Source of the DNA: an uncultured bacterium
Lineage (GTDB): Bacteria > Patescibacteriota > Minisyncoccia > UBA6257 > 2-01-FULL-56-20
Assembly (NCBI GenBank): GCA_963718575.1
Contig: OY970358.1
Span: 578,172 to 642,171 of the forward strand
Direction of reading: 5' to 3'
Length of the DNA: 64,000 bases
Each line of letters opens with the position of its first letter. Positions within the stretch are counted from its first letter, which is position 1. The translations under genes and the position numbers were made by a program. Under the pieces are notes generated by a model, which was not told where the DNA came from, did no database searches, and saw nothing but the letters and a program-made list of their open reading frames with translations. Shown here one piece after another: positions 28,528 through 39,209 of this stretch.

Positions 28528-29283
28528 ATGTTCACTGACGAAATAAAATTACGCTGGGCGGCGCTTTTAACGAATCCTGATTGGTATCTTGCGATTCTTC
28601 CAGAGTTGGAAGAGTTGCGCAAACAATGGGGTGGAAAGAGTGATGCGGAGCAGGAGCCGCTAAAGATTAAACTCTATGATTTCTTCGCCGAGCATCTTGT
28701 GGCCGGTGATATTGCGCTCGATAACAATCCTGCTAATGCGGACGCGGAGCGCAAGCCCATCGACACTATTATTATCCATCACACAAGCAATCCGCCCGGC
28801 ATGACGAAAGAGTTGCTTTCCGGGATGGAGCTCATTCGCCTTTATGCGCCCGAGTTCGCCGCGCCCAAATATGAGGCTGATAAAAAGATGAAGGGGCGAC
28901 CTATCTGCTCGGGCCATTTTCGCGATGGTCACCAAGTTTTTTGGCCGTATCACTGGTTTGTGCGGCGCGATGGCACCGCCGAGCGTTTATTAAATGATGA
29001 TGAAATTGGTTGGCAAGCTGGAGATTGGGATATCAATTGCCGGAGCGTTGCCATTTGCTTTGATGGCGATTTTGAAAATAGCCGTCCGTCCGATATTGAG
29101 CTTTCCGCGGCGGCAAGTATCATCAAAGATCATTATCCGCAGGTTGCGCGCGAATGCATCTTTGGCCATCGCGAGATTAATTTAAAGACGACCTGTCCGT
29201 CGAATCTATTTCTCTCTGATTCGCCGCGTCGCGGTTGGAAGGACGATTTACTGGAACTTTTATTTCGTAGTAATCCCGCTTAA
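28528..29283 (+). CDS. N-acetylmuramoyl-L-alanine amidase (Amidase_2 / PGRP fold).
   Basis: IIIHHTS, WPYHWFV, NCRSVAICFDGDF and FGHREI..TCPS match the zinc-ligand pattern of AmpD/PGRP amidases. Confidence 0.55.
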   Translation: MFTDEIKLRWAALLTNPDWYLAILPELEELRKQWGGKSDAEQEPLKIKLYDFFAEHLVAGDIALDNNPANADAERKPIDTIIIHHTSNPPGMTKELLSGMELIRLYAPEFAAPKYEADKKMKGRPICSGHFRDGHQVFWPYHWFVRRDGTAERLLNDDEIGWQAGDWDINCRSVAICFDGDFENSRPSDIELSAAASIIKDHYPQVARECIFGHREINLKTTCPSNLFLSDSPRRGWKDDLLELLFRSNPA

Positions 29284-29345
29284 GTTTGATTTTTAGCGTT
29301 GTAATAAGGTATTATCCCTCAAGAACCATTAAGGAGAAACCACAC

Positions 29346-29948
29346 ATGACTGTCATTCTCTCAAGCAGAAACCCAACAAAGATTCACCAGATCAGACAGC
29401 TTTTTGAAGGTTCGCCCATCAATATTCTCGGCATGGACGATGCGGGAATTGAAGGTGAGGCTATTGAGGATGGGGAAACACTCCGGGAGAACGCTCTCAA
29501 AAAGGCGCAGTTTGCAAAAGGGTATGTTGCGAATGCCTGGACAATGGCCGATGACACTGGGATCTTTATCGCGGCGTTGGATGGCAGGCCGGGAGTGCGA
29601 TCCGGCAGATGGGCTGGAGAGAGTGCGACTACTGAGGAAGGAATGCAATTTGCTCTTGCAAAAATGAAGGGGATATCAGATCGATCAGCGACATTCAGAA
29701 CGGTGGTGACCCTTATCTCTCCGGATGGGGAGGAATACTTTTTTACCGGCGAGGTTCAGGGAATACTTATCGATATCCCTCGAGTGCCTCCTCAACCCAA
29801 GATGCCCTATAGCCCATTATTCATCCCCCATGGCGAAGAGAAAACGTGGGCGGAAATGTCCACCGAATACGAGAACAATATCTCTCATCGCGGAAAGGCA
29901 TTTCGGCAAGCTCGCGTCTTTCTTGAGGACTTACTCGAGAAAAAATAG
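29346..29948 (+). CDS. rdgB: Non-canonical purine NTP pyrophosphatase (RdgB / Ham1 / ITPase).
   Basis: SRNPTKIHQ, MADDTGIFI, GRPGVRSGRWAG, FRTVVTLISP and ISHRGKA motifs. Shine-Dalgarno sequence AAGGAG upstream. Confidence 0.8.
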   Translation: MTVILSSRNPTKIHQIRQLFEGSPINILGMDDAGIEGEAIEDGETLRENALKKAQFAKGYVANAWTMADDTGIFIAALDGRPGVRSGRWAGESATTEEGMQFALAKMKGISDRSATFRTVVTLISPDGEEYFFTGEVQGILIDIPRVPPQPKMPYSPLFIPHGEEKTWAEMSTEYENNISHRGKAFRQARVFLEDLLEKK

Positions 29949-29997
29949 CCCAAGAAGGAATTAGTTTTAAAAGCGCGGAAAAAATCCGCGCTTTTTC

Positions 29998-31675
29998 TTA
30001 TATCTCAATCACCACCGGCAAAATCATCGGCCGGCGCTTCGTCTTCGCGTACAGATATTGCCCGATTTGATCGCGTAAGAGCGTTTTCACGTAATCCGGC
30101 TCCACTTCCTTGAAGTTGGGGATGCGGGTCATGAGGCCGCGGATGCGCTTGCGGATCTCGTCCAGGATCTCCTGGTTGTCTTTCAGATAGATGAACCCGC
30201 GCGAGATGATGTCGGGATTCTTGAGCAGGCGGCCCTTGTCGCGATCAACAGTGAGGATAATGACGAGCATGCCTTCCGCGGCGAGTGCGCGGCGATCGCG
30301 GAGCACGACCTCTTCGACGTCGCCGACGCCGAGGCCGTCTACCATCACGTAGTATGCCGGCACTTCTTCTTTGGTGACCTTGAATGTGTCCTTTGTGAGC
30401 TCAGCCACTTGGCCGTTGTCCATGAGGCGCACGTTGTCTTTCAATACACCCGCATCGCGTCGCGGTCATGCCGTTCGCGGCGCGCATGAAGTAGTAGCCG
30501 TGCACCGGCATGAGGAACTTCGGCTTGAGGAGTTTGATGACGAGCCCGATGTCGCCCTTCGGCGCGTGGCCGGAGGAGTGGATGTCGACGAGCGCGGAGT
30601 GGAAGACGATCGCGCCCTGGCGCGCCAAGTTATCTTTGACGGTCTGCACGCTGCGCTCGTTGCCCGGAATGACGGACGATGAAAGCACGAACGTGTCGCC
30701 GGCTTTGATCTTGATGTAGCGATGTTCGCCGTTGATGATCTTCATGAGGCCGGCGTTCGATTCACCCTGTGCGCCGGTCGTGAGGATCAACACTTTGTCA
30801 TCTTTGTACTTGCTGATCTCCTCCACGGAGATGAGCGTGCCTTCCTTTGCTTTTACAAAGCCGAGGTTCTGCGCGATCTGGATGTTCGTCTTCATCGAGT
30901 AGCCGTTCAGCGCGACCTTACGGCCGATCTTCTCGGCGATCTTGATGATCTCCGCGATGCGCGTGATGAGCGACGAGAACGTCGCGACGACGATGCGACC
31001 TTCCGCGAGCTTGAAGATTTCTTCCAAATTTCGCTCGACGGTCTTTTCGGAAACCGAGTGCCCCGGCTTTTCCGCGTTCGTGCTGTCTACCATGAAGGTG
31101 TGCACGCCCATCTTGCCGAGCTTCTCGAATTCTTCGATGCCGTGCACGTTGCCCTCGTCATCATAGTCCAGGCGGAAGTCCGCAAAGTGGACGATGTTGC
31201 CGATCGGAGTCTTGAGCATCACGCCGGTCGTTTCCGGGATCGTGTGCGGCACGCCGAAGAAGTATGCGTTGATGTTATTGGAGAGCTTCATCTCGTCGCC
31301 GTCCTTGATGATCTGGATGTTCATCTTTGGCGCGTTCGGAAAATCATCCGCACGCTTTTCGATGATCGCTTTCGTGATGCCCGTTGCGTAGATCGGCGGG
31401 TTGCCGAGCCGGGCGAGCACGTGCGGCAATGCGCCGATGTGATCGTAGTGGCCGTGCGTCAGAATGATCGCGGCGATGTTCTGTTTTTTCTTTTCGAGAT
31501 AATCAACGTTCGGGATGATGTAATCAATGCCCGGCGTTTCGTCTTCCGGGAATTGGAGTCCCATGTCGATGATGACGATCTCGTTCTTGTATTCGATGAA
31601 CGAGCAGTTGCGGCCGACCTCTTCCAGGCCGCCGAGCGGCACAAGGCGCACCGCATTCGGATTCGGATTTTTCAT
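29998..31675 (-). CDS. rnj: Ribonuclease J (metallo-beta-lactamase / beta-CASP), with an apparent 1-nt frameshift near 30455-30470.
   Basis: MKNPNPNAVRLVPLGGLEEVG...THGHYDHIGALP (HxHxDH)...beta-CASP. The downstream ORF continues as DNVRLMDNGQVAELTKD...VDGLGVGDV, which is the RNase J C-terminal region. Confidence 0.8.
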
Positions 31676-31689
31676 TCGGATCGCGCGCC

Positions 31690-32036
31690 ACCTGCGGCTT
31701 GGGACCCATCTTTGAATTCTGCGGATGCGTGCCGGGTTTCGGCGCGCCCGGGCCGTGTTTGAATTCGCGGCGCGCTTCGCGCTCTTCGCGCGTGCCGCCT
31801 CCTGTACCACTACCACCGCCGTGCTGAGGGCGCTGTTGGGGACGTGCCATTGGCCGCACGGGGGATTGCCCCGGGCGCGGCGAAGGACGGCCGCCTGGGC
31901 GCTGTGTCGGTCGCGCAACCGGCGCGCCGACGGGCGTTGCCGTCATCGGCGCTCTTGGCCGGATCTCCGGCGGTTTTATACGCGGACGCTCTTTTTCTGC
32001 GGGGGCTGCGTTGTTATTTTCGTTTTTCTTAATCAT
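31690..32036 (-). CDS. Pro/Arg/Gly-rich low-complexity ORF upstream of and overlapping the rnj start in another frame. Possibly a frameshifted N-terminal extension, possibly spurious.
   Basis: ORF 31524-32036 reads MIKKNENNNAAPAEKERPRIKPPEIRPRAP... in a GC-rich stretch. Confidence 0.2.
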
Positions 32037-32069
32037 TGTTATGTTACTGCGTAAACTTTTATTTTACTG

Positions 32070-32480
32070 TTATTTAATTTCTGCTTTTTTGACTTCTGCT
32101 TTGATTTTTTCTGCTATCGCCGCGAGCTCCTCTGCGGGCATCGACGTCGCTCTCGTCGAGTCCAGATCGTGCGGCTTATTGATCGGCACAAGATGCACAT
32201 GTCCATGGGGCACCCCGAATCCTTCGACCACCATGCCTACGCGCACCGAGCCCATCGCTTTTTGCAGCGGCGTCGACAACGCCTTTGCAAGGTTGAAAAT
32301 TTCTTCATAAAGACCGTCCGGCATATCAAAAATATTCTCGATATGTTCTTTGGGAATTATTAGCATGTGTCCGGGATTGACGGGCCGCATATCTAAAAAG
32401 GCCATGAAGCGATCATTTTCCCACACAAGATACGAAGGGATTTCCTTCGTAACGATCTTACAAAAAATGCACTCTGCCAT
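32070..32480 (-). CDS. HIT-family (histidine triad) hydrolase.
   Basis: MAECIFCKIV...PGHMLIIPKEH...HGHVHLVP (HxHxHxx). The ORF-track N-terminus overlaps a tRNA, so the start was moved to the internal Met. Confidence 0.75.
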   Translation of the reverse strand: MAECIFCKIVTKEIPSYLVWENDRFMAFLDMRPVNPGHMLIIPKEHIENIFDMPDGLYEEIFNLAKALSTPLQKAMGSVRVGMVVEGFGVPHGHVHLVPINKPHDLDSTRATSMPAEELAAIAEKIKAEVKKAEIK

Positions 32481-32546
32481 AAATAAAATGTTTGTCGCGG
32501 TGGTTCGATGATTGCCCTGCTGATATATATAACGCGTAATGTATTG

Positions 32547-32630
32547 TGCTGGAGAGGGGAGTCGAACCCCTATGATCTTGCGATCGCTGGCACCTGAAGC
32601 CAGTGCGTCTGCCAATTCCGCCACCCCAGC
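32547..32630 (-). tRNA. tRNA-Leu (anticodon CAG) with a long variable arm.
   Basis: Minus-strand sequence GCTGGGGTGGCGGAATTGGCAGACGCACTGGCTTCAGGTGCCAGC...AGGGGTTCGACTCCCCTCTCCAGCA. Acceptor, anticodon and T arms fold correctly. CCA is not encoded. Confidence 0.8.
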
Positions 32631-33117
32631 ACTTCTTAAAGGAGGGTCATCTTAGTGATTAAAGCATATCATGGGAGAATCGCAAAAGTCAACCGTCCGC
32701 ACGGGTCTGGCATTGTATGGCTTTTGGAAACGACGCTCCTGGCTCATAAAGATACTGCTCGCTCATAACGAATATCTGCCGCCCTGGTCGAAGACTCCCG
32801 GGCACCCGGCAGATATTCTATTCGCTCGCGCATCTTTTATTCGCCATACGCCATTGTTTCCAAAAGCCATACAATGCCAGACCCGTGCGGACGCCATGGC
32901 TTAGAGAGGTTTTCCTGATGATAAAAGTATTAATCAAAAAATCTTTAAGCGCCTATTTCTTTGAAAGAAAATCCGTGATCAGCTTGCGTGCCGGAGGGTT
33001 GAATCCACTGTATTGTCCCTCGGTTAAATATTCACGCTTTGAAATCCATCGCCTTTCTCGTTAAGTTTTTCTTGTAGCATGCTAAAGGTGTAAATTTCGA
33101 TTTCGAAATATCCAATC

Positions 33118-34791
33118 CTACTTCAGCACCCGCGCCGTGTTCAAGTACCAGCTCTCTATCTCCCGGAACCGGTCCGAAGGATCGGTCAGGAGATTGGTCG
33201 TGATGCCCTGCGTGCTGTTGTTTGTGACGTACACGTAATCGGGCGAGTAGAGGAAGATGGCGGGATAGTTCGCCACGATGTCCGCCTGGGCGTTCGCAAG
33301 CTCCTGCGCGGTGGAACTGCCGACCGGCGTTTGCCGCGCGCGTTCGATGAGCGAATCCACCTTGGGATTGTTGTAGAGCGAGAGGTTGAGTCCGGGCGCG
33401 AAGTCCTGCGATGAATCCCAGAACGAGTAGAGGTCCGAGCTCGGACCGAGCACGTTGCCGAAGAGCAGCGACTCGTAATTGCGCGCCGGGATCAGGTTGT
33501 TCACGATGTCGTTCGAGGAATCGGGGATCACATTGACCTGGACGCCGATGGCTTGCCACGCCGTCTGGAGATAGCTCGCGGTGTTCGCCAGAAAATCGAT
33601 CTGCGGCACGGTGAGGTTTACGATGAGCGGGATCGAGACGCCGCCGATCGTTTTTGATCGGAAGGTGCTCGAGCCGGTGATCGTCCAGCCGGCGTTCTCG
33701 AGCAGGGTTTCCGCAAATGCCGTGGACGATGCCGCGCTCGGCGTACTGCTATTCAGCGTGGTCGCGACGGCGCTGTTATAGTACTGCGCGTTTTGCGGGA
33801 TCGGGCCGTACTCCGGCGTGCCATTGTCGCCGAGCGCGGCATTGACCAATGCATTGCGATCTACCGCGACAGAGAGCGCTTCGCGCACCGCGGGATCCTG
33901 CAGGCCGAGGTTCACGCTCTGGTTAAAGAACACCGCATAGTATGCGGACGTTGGCCACGCGTACATGCCGTCAGGCCGCGTTATCTCGGCAATATCTGCC
34001 GGGGTCACATTTCCGAATCCGTCGATCGTCCCGTTATTGAAGCTTTGCACGAGCGCGTTCTCGTCACTGAAGAAATCAAAATTGAAATTTTGGATAAGCG
34101 GATGCGCCTCGATCGTCCCGTTCCACGCCGTCAGCTGGTAAGAAGAAATGAACCCGTTGGTGTTCTTATCGTAGGACGCAAACTGATAGGGACCCGAGCC
34201 GACCGGCTTAAGATTGTAATCTGACAGGTGCCAGTTTCCCGGCGGCGTGTCGGCAAAAAGATGTTTCGGTAAAATATATAAATTATTGAGCGTATCGCCG
34301 AAGAACGCGTATGGCGTCGCAAGCGTGAATTGCACCTCAAGCTCGCTCACGCGGCTGACCGTCACTCCTTGCCAGCTTTGAAAGAGCGGGGAATTCGCAT
34401 CGGGGTTTTGGATGGACTGCACGGTGAAGACCACGTCATCGCTCGTAAGCTGCTGGCCGTCCTGCCAGGTGAGGCCTTGTTTCAAGCGTACGTCCCATGT
34501 CTTCAAGTCCGCGCTTGGCGTGATACTGTCCGAAATGTCCGGCAGATTGCTGTAGACCATCTTTACAAGGTCGAGATCGGTCTGCGACGACGCAATGACG
34601 GGGTTGATGTATTCCGGCTGGCCGAGCATGCCCTCGGTATATTCGCCGCCGGCGGCGGGCACCGCCTTCGTCGTCTGCGCGATCACGATTCCCGCAACGA
34701 CCGCAAAGCTCACGACCGCTCCGGCAATTGCCAGAACGAACGTCATGCGTTCTTTTTTAGTGAGCGCCGCAAAGATCTTCTTGAACCACAT
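33118..34791 (-). CDS. ABC transporter substrate-binding protein, family 5 (oligopeptide/dipeptide type), membrane anchored.
   Basis: Size and motif order consistent with SBP_bac_5. N-terminal transmembrane anchor. Confidence 0.65.
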   Translation of the reverse strand: MWFKKIFAALTKKERMTFVLAIAGAVVSFAVVAGIVIAQTTKAVPAAGGEYTEGMLGQPEYINPVIASSQTDLDLVKMVYSNLPDISDSITPSADLKTWDVRLKQGLTWQDGQQLTSDDVVFTVQSIQNPDANSPLFQSWQGVTVSRVSELEVQFTLATPYAFFGDTLNNLYILPKHLFADTPPGNWHLSDYNLKPVGSGPYQFASYDKNTNGFISSYQLTAWNGTIEAHPLIQNFNFDFFSDENALVQSFNNGTIDGFGNVTPADIAEITRPDGMYAWPTSAYYAVFFNQSVNLGLQDPAVREALSVAVDRNALVNAALGDNGTPEYGPIPQNAQYYNSAVATTLNSSTPSAASSTAFAETLLENAGWTITGSSTFRSKTIGGVSIPLIVNLTVPQIDFLANTASYLQTAWQAIGVQVNVIPDSSNDIVNNLIPARNYESLLFGNVLGPSSDLYSFWDSSQDFAPGLNLSLYNNPKVDSLIERARQTPVGSSTAQELANAQADIVANYPAIFLYSPDYVYVTNNSTQGITTNLLTDPSDRFREIESWYLNTARVLK

Positions 34792-34800
34792 GTAAAAAAT

Positions 34801-35022
34801 TTAGTGCGTCTGGAGGAACAACTGGTATATCGCAAGCGCTACGAATGCCACCGAAAGGACGATCGTGGAGTAGAAGACCAGCTTCTCCATGCCGCGCCGC
34901 GCCTGGTAGTAGCCTTCGCCGCTGCCGCCCAAAAGGCCGGACATGCCGGAAGACCGCTCCTGCAAAAGGATGAGCGTGATGATAACGATGGAGAGGATGA
35001 TCTGGATGATGGCGATGGTCAT
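34801..35022 (-). CDS. secG: Preprotein translocase subunit SecG.
   Basis: LILLQERSSGMSGLLGGSG pattern between two transmembrane helices. 73 aa. Confidence 0.7.
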   Translation of the reverse strand: MTIAIIQIILSIVIITLILLQERSSGMSGLLGGSGEGYYQARRGMEKLVFYSTIVLSVAFVALAIYQLFLQTH

Positions 35023-35038
35023 GATCTTAAGGGGTTAA

Positions 35039-35407
35039 TTATAGTGCGAGGTGAATGATGAAATTTATAACACTGATGATGATGGTCGCGAAGAAGAGGG
35101 CGGGAATGCTCTGTATCATAATACTTCCGTGAAGGAAGTCAATGTTGTCGGCGACGATCGGGAGTAAGTAGAGGATGATCGCGTTCACTACGATGATGCC
35201 GAGTCCGAGCGTCAGGATGATGACCGGGCCGAGCACGAGCGTGAGAAGCGGCTTTAGGAAGAAGTTCAATACCGCGAGTACGAGCGCGATGAGCACGAGC
35301 GTGATCCAGTTGCCGCCCAATACGAAGCCGGGTACCCAAAGATAGGCCGCCCACAAGGCGAGTGCGTTGCCGCCCACTACTATTACGAGCCGCGCGAACC
35401 AGTGCAT
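35039..35407 (-). CDS. Phage-holin-family-4-like membrane protein (DUF360).
   Basis: Four transmembrane segments with LALWAAYLWVPGFVLGGNWITLVL...NFFLKPLL, resembling PF04020. Confidence 0.45.
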   Translation of the reverse strand: MHWFARLVIVVGGNALALWAAYLWVPGFVLGGNWITLVLIALVLAVLNFFLKPLLTLVLGPVIILTLGLGIIVVNAIILYLLPIVADNIDFLHGSIMIQSIPALFFATIIISVINFIIHLAL

Positions 35408-35450
35408 TGTTCTATTATAACACCATCGCACAATTTGTTATCATAAAGAC

Positions 35451-35762
35451 ATGAAAGATCCCTTCGCCCGGATAATAAGCTGGATGGCCTTTTTGGTGCC
35501 CATGGCCTGCATCATCCTTTTCTTCGCGCTATTCAATGAGTTCTATATCTATTCCATAGTTATCAGCGCCATCGTCGTTGTTATGGGGAGCTTCGGCATC
35601 AATAAAATAAGTCCCAAAGATTTCAAGGGTGAGAAAGTCGATGCTAAAAATAAAGAGATGTTTTTCAATAGGCTGCTGATCAGCGGCGGAGTGACCTTTG
35701 GCGTCTTCGGACTTTGCTCCTACTTTGCCTTTTTTATCATCAAGATCATCGTCTCTCGCTGA
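35451..35762 (+). CDS. Small membrane protein.
   Basis: ORF track. Confidence 0.35.
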   Translation: MKDPFARIISWMAFLVPMACIILFFALFNEFYIYSIVISAIVVVMGSFGINKISPKDFKGEKVDAKNKEMFFNRLLISGGVTFGVFGLCSYFAFFIIKIIVSR

Positions 35763-35813
35763 CCTCGAAACTTGCTGGAATTTTGCCCAAAACTTTGTTA
35801 AAATAAGCCGTAT

Positions 35814-36389
35814 ATGGTTATCAATTACTTCGGCAATGGCTGTTTTCGGTTGCAAAGCGGGGATACCTCCGTGCTTGTGAATCCCGAGAATAACAGGCTT
35901 AAAGCGGATGTCACGTTAAAGACGCTTACGGCGACGGAGGTGGATGTTTCTGCCGAGGCGCCGGACGAGGTCGTGATCTCGTTTCCGGGTGAGTATGAAG
36001 AAAAAGAGGTCGAGATCATCGGCTTCCCGGTGCCGGAAGAATCCACGGATAAGTTTTTGAAGACGACGTACGCTGTCACGTGGGAGGGAATGAAGTTCGT
36101 GTTCCTTGGCCATCTTTCAAAGCCGATAGACGCGACGTTGATGGAAGCGTTCTCCGAGCCCGACGTGCTGATCCTGCCGGCGGGCGGCGGACATTTCCTC
36201 GAGCCGGAAGTTGCGGCGAAGATCGCAAAACAGCTCGAGGCGCGGATCGTGATCCCGAGCTTTTATAAGGATGCGGCGGAATTTTTGAAGGCGTTCGGCA
36301 AGAAAGCGGAAGAAATGGATAAGTTCGTCTTTAAGCAAAAGGACATTGTTGCCGACAAGGGTCGCGTGCTCATTCTTAAAGCAAGCTGA
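35814..36389 (+). CDS. Metal-dependent hydrolase of the beta-lactamase-fold superfamily (UPF0173-like).
   Basis: Overall pattern VINYFGNGCFRL...VLVNP...LILPAGGG. Confidence 0.45.
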   Translation: MVINYFGNGCFRLQSGDTSVLVNPENNRLKADVTLKTLTATEVDVSAEAPDEVVISFPGEYEEKEVEIIGFPVPEESTDKFLKTTYAVTWEGMKFVFLGHLSKPIDATLMEAFSEPDVLILPAGGGHFLEPEVAAKIAKQLEARIVIPSFYKDAAEFLKAFGKKAEEMDKFVFKQKDIVADKGRVLILKAS

Positions 36390-36682
36390 TGCTCGAAGAA
36401 CTGCAATCGCTCAGCGAAGCGAAAAAGAAACAAGTCATCATCATTGCCACTATCATCATTATGATCATCGTCATCGGAGCGTGGGCGGCATACTTTAATA
36501 GTGTGATCCAGGGAACCGCAGAGCAGGTGGCGGATCAAGCGAGTTCTACGACGCAGGCCGCCGCGCCGTCTGTAGCCGCGGCCCCGACACCCGCCCCCGC
36601 ACAGGCAAGCGGGCCGAGTCTGTGGCAAAATATAGAGAACTTCTTTAAGGGGTCGTCGAACTATACTATTCAACCGCAATAA
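36389..36682 (+). CDS. Small membrane-anchored protein with a low-complexity Ala/Pro tail.
   Basis: ORF track. Confidence 0.3.
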   Translation: MLEELQSLSEAKKKQVIIIATIIIMIIVIGAWAAYFNSVIQGTAEQVADQASSTTQAAAPSVAAAPTPAPAQASGPSLWQNIENFFKGSSNYTIQPQ

Positions 36683-36688
36683 AATATT

Positions 36689-39127
36689 ATGCCAGACATG
36701 GAACCGCAGGAAATAACCAAAGAGCTCGGCGATTCGTACCTTAGCTACGCGATGTCGGTCATCGTCGCGCGCGCACTGCCCGACGTCCGCGACGGCATGA
36801 AGCCGGTGCATCGCCGCATCCTTTGGGATATGTGGGACAGCGGCATCATCTCGAGCGCAAAGACGAGGAAATCAGCGAACGTTGTCGGTCAGGTGCTGGC
36901 GCGCTATCACCCGCACGGCGATAGTTCCGTTTATGATGCGATGGTCCGCATGGCGCAGGATTTTTCGTTACGATACCCGCTCATCCATGGGCAAGGAAAC
37001 TTCGGTTCTGTCGATGGAGATTCGGCGGCTGCTTATCGTTATACCGAAGCGAAGCTTTCAAAGATCGCCGGTGAGCTGCTCGTGGATATCGAGAAGGAAA
37101 CCGTGGATTGGATCCCTAACTACGACGGCACGCGCAACGAGCCGACGGTGCTTCCGGCAAAATTACCAAACCTTCTTTTAAATGGCGTCGCTGGCATCGC
37201 CGTTGGTATGGCAACGAGCATCCCGCCTCACAATTTAAATGAAATTTGCGATGCCATTTTGTATTTGGCCGATAACGGCGATACGACAAGTGAGGACCTT
37301 CTGGATTTTGTAAAAGGCCCGGATTTTCCGACCGGCGGCATTATCTATGATGTGAAGGCGATAAAGGAAGCATACGTTTCCGGGCGGGGCGCGGTCATGA
37401 CGCGCGCGAAGGCGGAAATCGTGGAGAAGAAGAACAGCCGCCAGTTCGATATCGTCGTCACGGAGATCCCGTATCAGGTCAATAAATCCGAACTTATAAA
37501 AAATATCGCCGAGCTTGCGCAGGATAAAAAGATCGAGGGCATCCGCGACTTGCGCGACGAGTCCGACCGTGAAGGCATGCGCATCGTGATCGAGCTCAAG
37601 AACGATGTTGCGCCGCAGAAAGTTCTGAACTGGCTCTTTAAGCACACCGAGCTCGAGAAGAACTTCAACTTCAACATGATCGCGCTCGTGAATGGCATCG
37701 AGCCGCGCCTGCTCAACCTCAAGGACATTCTTGCCGAGTACATCGAACACCGAAAGGTGATCGTCGCTCGCCGCACGAAGTTTGATCTTCGCAAAGCGGA
37801 GGAGCGCGCGCATATTCTGGAAGGTCTTATGATCGCGCTCGACGCGATCGACCGTGTGATCGCAACGATCAGGAAGTCCGAAGACAAAGAAGTTGCGCAT
37901 GCGAACCTTATGAAAGGATTTAAATTGAGCGCGCTTCAGGCGACGGCGATTTTGGAAATGCGTTTGCAAACGCTCGCCGCACTTGAGCGGATCAAGATCG
38001 AGTCCGAGCTCAAAGAGAAGCATGATTTGATAAAAGAGCTCATGGCGATATTGAAGAGCCCGGCGCGCATTTTAAAGATCATCAAAGACGAAGTAACCGA
38101 GCTGAAGGAAAAGTATGGCGACGAGCGACGCACGAAAGTGGTATCGCGCGCGGTGGAGTCGGTGAGCGACGAGGACCTGATCCCGGAGGAAGAGGCGATT
38201 GTCACGGTCTCCGGCGGCGGATATATCAAGCGCCTGCCGCCGAGCACGTTCAAAGTGCAACGGCGCGGCGGAAAAGGTTTGATCGGTTCCGAGGTTGCGG
38301 ACGAAGATTTCCTTTCGCATTTCTTCAGCGCAAACACGCACGACAACGTTTTGTTCTTTACCGATCGCGGCCGCGTGTTTCAGACGAAGGTCTACGAGAT
38401 CCCGCAGGCGACGCGAACTTCCAAAGGCAAAGCGATTCAAAACTTCCTCGAGCTTCCCGCCGACGAGAACGTGAGTGCAATCGTCAACTATTCGGCGAAA
38501 GGCGCGAAAGCAGAGGGAAAGACCGGCAGAAAATATCTGATGATGGTCACAAAGCAGGGCCTCATCAAAAAAACGCCGCTCGAAGATTTTGAAAATATTC
38601 GCCGTACCGGCATCATCGCTGTTTCGCTCAAGAAAGGTGATTCCCTCAAGTGGGCAAAGCTCACGACCGGCGCGGAGCAGGTGGTGCTCGCCACGCGGCA
38701 GGGTCAGTCGATCCGTTTTGACGAGAAGCAGGTGCGCCCGATGGGCCGCACTGCCGCAGGCGTCCGCGCGATCAAACTGAAGAAACAGAACGACGAGGTT
38801 GCCGGCTTTGATATAATAAGAGGAGACGACGCGATGCTGCTCGTGGTGATGGAACACGGCTTTGCGAAGCAGACGCAGCTCAAGGAATACAAAGTGCAAA
38901 GCCGCGGCGGATCGGGGATCAAGACGGCCGAGGTGACGCCGAAGACCGGCGCGGTCGTGTCCGCGCATGTGGTCACGGAAGAGAAGGAGATCTTCGCGCT
39001 TTCCGCAAAAGGACAGATGATCCGCACGGAGATTTCCACGGTGCGCACCACCGGCCGCTCGGCGCAAGGCGTGCACATCATGAATCTCAAGCCCGGTGAT
39101 CGCGTAGCGGGAACGGTGGTCATATGA
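36689..39127 (+). CDS. gyrA: DNA gyrase subunit A.
   Basis: [34 protein letters not shown] and the GyrA box QRRGGKG in the C-terminal domain. Confidence 0.9.
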   Translation: MPDMEPQEITKELGDSYLSYAMSVIVARALPDVRDGMKPVHRRILWDMWDSGIISSAKTRKSANVVGQVLARYHPHGDSSVYDAMVRMAQDFSLRYPLIHGQGNFGSVDGDSAAAYRYTEAKLSKIAGELLVDIEKETVDWIPNYDGTRNEPTVLPAKLPNLLLNGVAGIAVGMATSIPPHNLNEICDAILYLADNGDTTSEDLLDFVKGPDFPTGGIIYDVKAIKEAYVSGRGAVMTRAKAEIVEKKNSRQFDIVVTEIPYQVNKSELIKNIAELAQDKKIEGIRDLRDESDREGMRIVIELKNDVAPQKVLNWLFKHTELEKNFNFNMIALVNGIEPRLLNLKDILAEYIEHRKVIVARRTKFDLRKAEERAHILEGLMIALDAIDRVIATIRKSEDKEVAHANLMKGFKLSALQATAILEMRLQTLAALERIKIESELKEKHDLIKELMAILKSPARILKIIKDEVTELKEKYGDERRTKVVSRAVESVSDEDLIPEEEAIVTVSGGGYIKRLPPSTFKVQRRGGKGLIGSEVADEDFLSHFFSANTHDNVLFFTDRGRVFQTKVYEIPQATRTSKGKAIQNFLELPADENVSAIVNYSAKGAKAEGKTGRKYLMMVTKQGLIKKTPLEDFENIRRTGIIAVSLKKGDSLKWAKLTTGAEQVVLATRQGQSIRFDEKQVRPMGRTAAGVRAIKLKKQNDEVAGFDIIRGDDAMLLVVMEHGFAKQTQLKEYKVQSRGGSGIKTAEVTPKTGAVVSAHVVTEEKEIFALSAKGQMIRTEISTVRTTGRSAQGVHIMNLKPGDRVAGTVVI

Positions 39128-39188
39128 CAAACACCTAATCCCTCCGCAATCATGTATAAGAATAAATGCTCGCGGAGGGATTAGGTGT
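39128..39188. repeat. Perfect 20-bp inverted repeat (large hairpin) immediately after gyrA.
   Basis: caaacacctaatccctccgc ...21 nt... gcggagggattaggtgtttg. Confidence 0.7.
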
Positions 39189-39209
39189 TTGTTGCTCGAG
39201 AGTAAAAAA

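Noticed and set aside
30722-31762. 346-aa plus-strand ORF over rnj.
   Set aside because: Antisense to RNase J. Low-complexity Arg/Asp-rich sequence.
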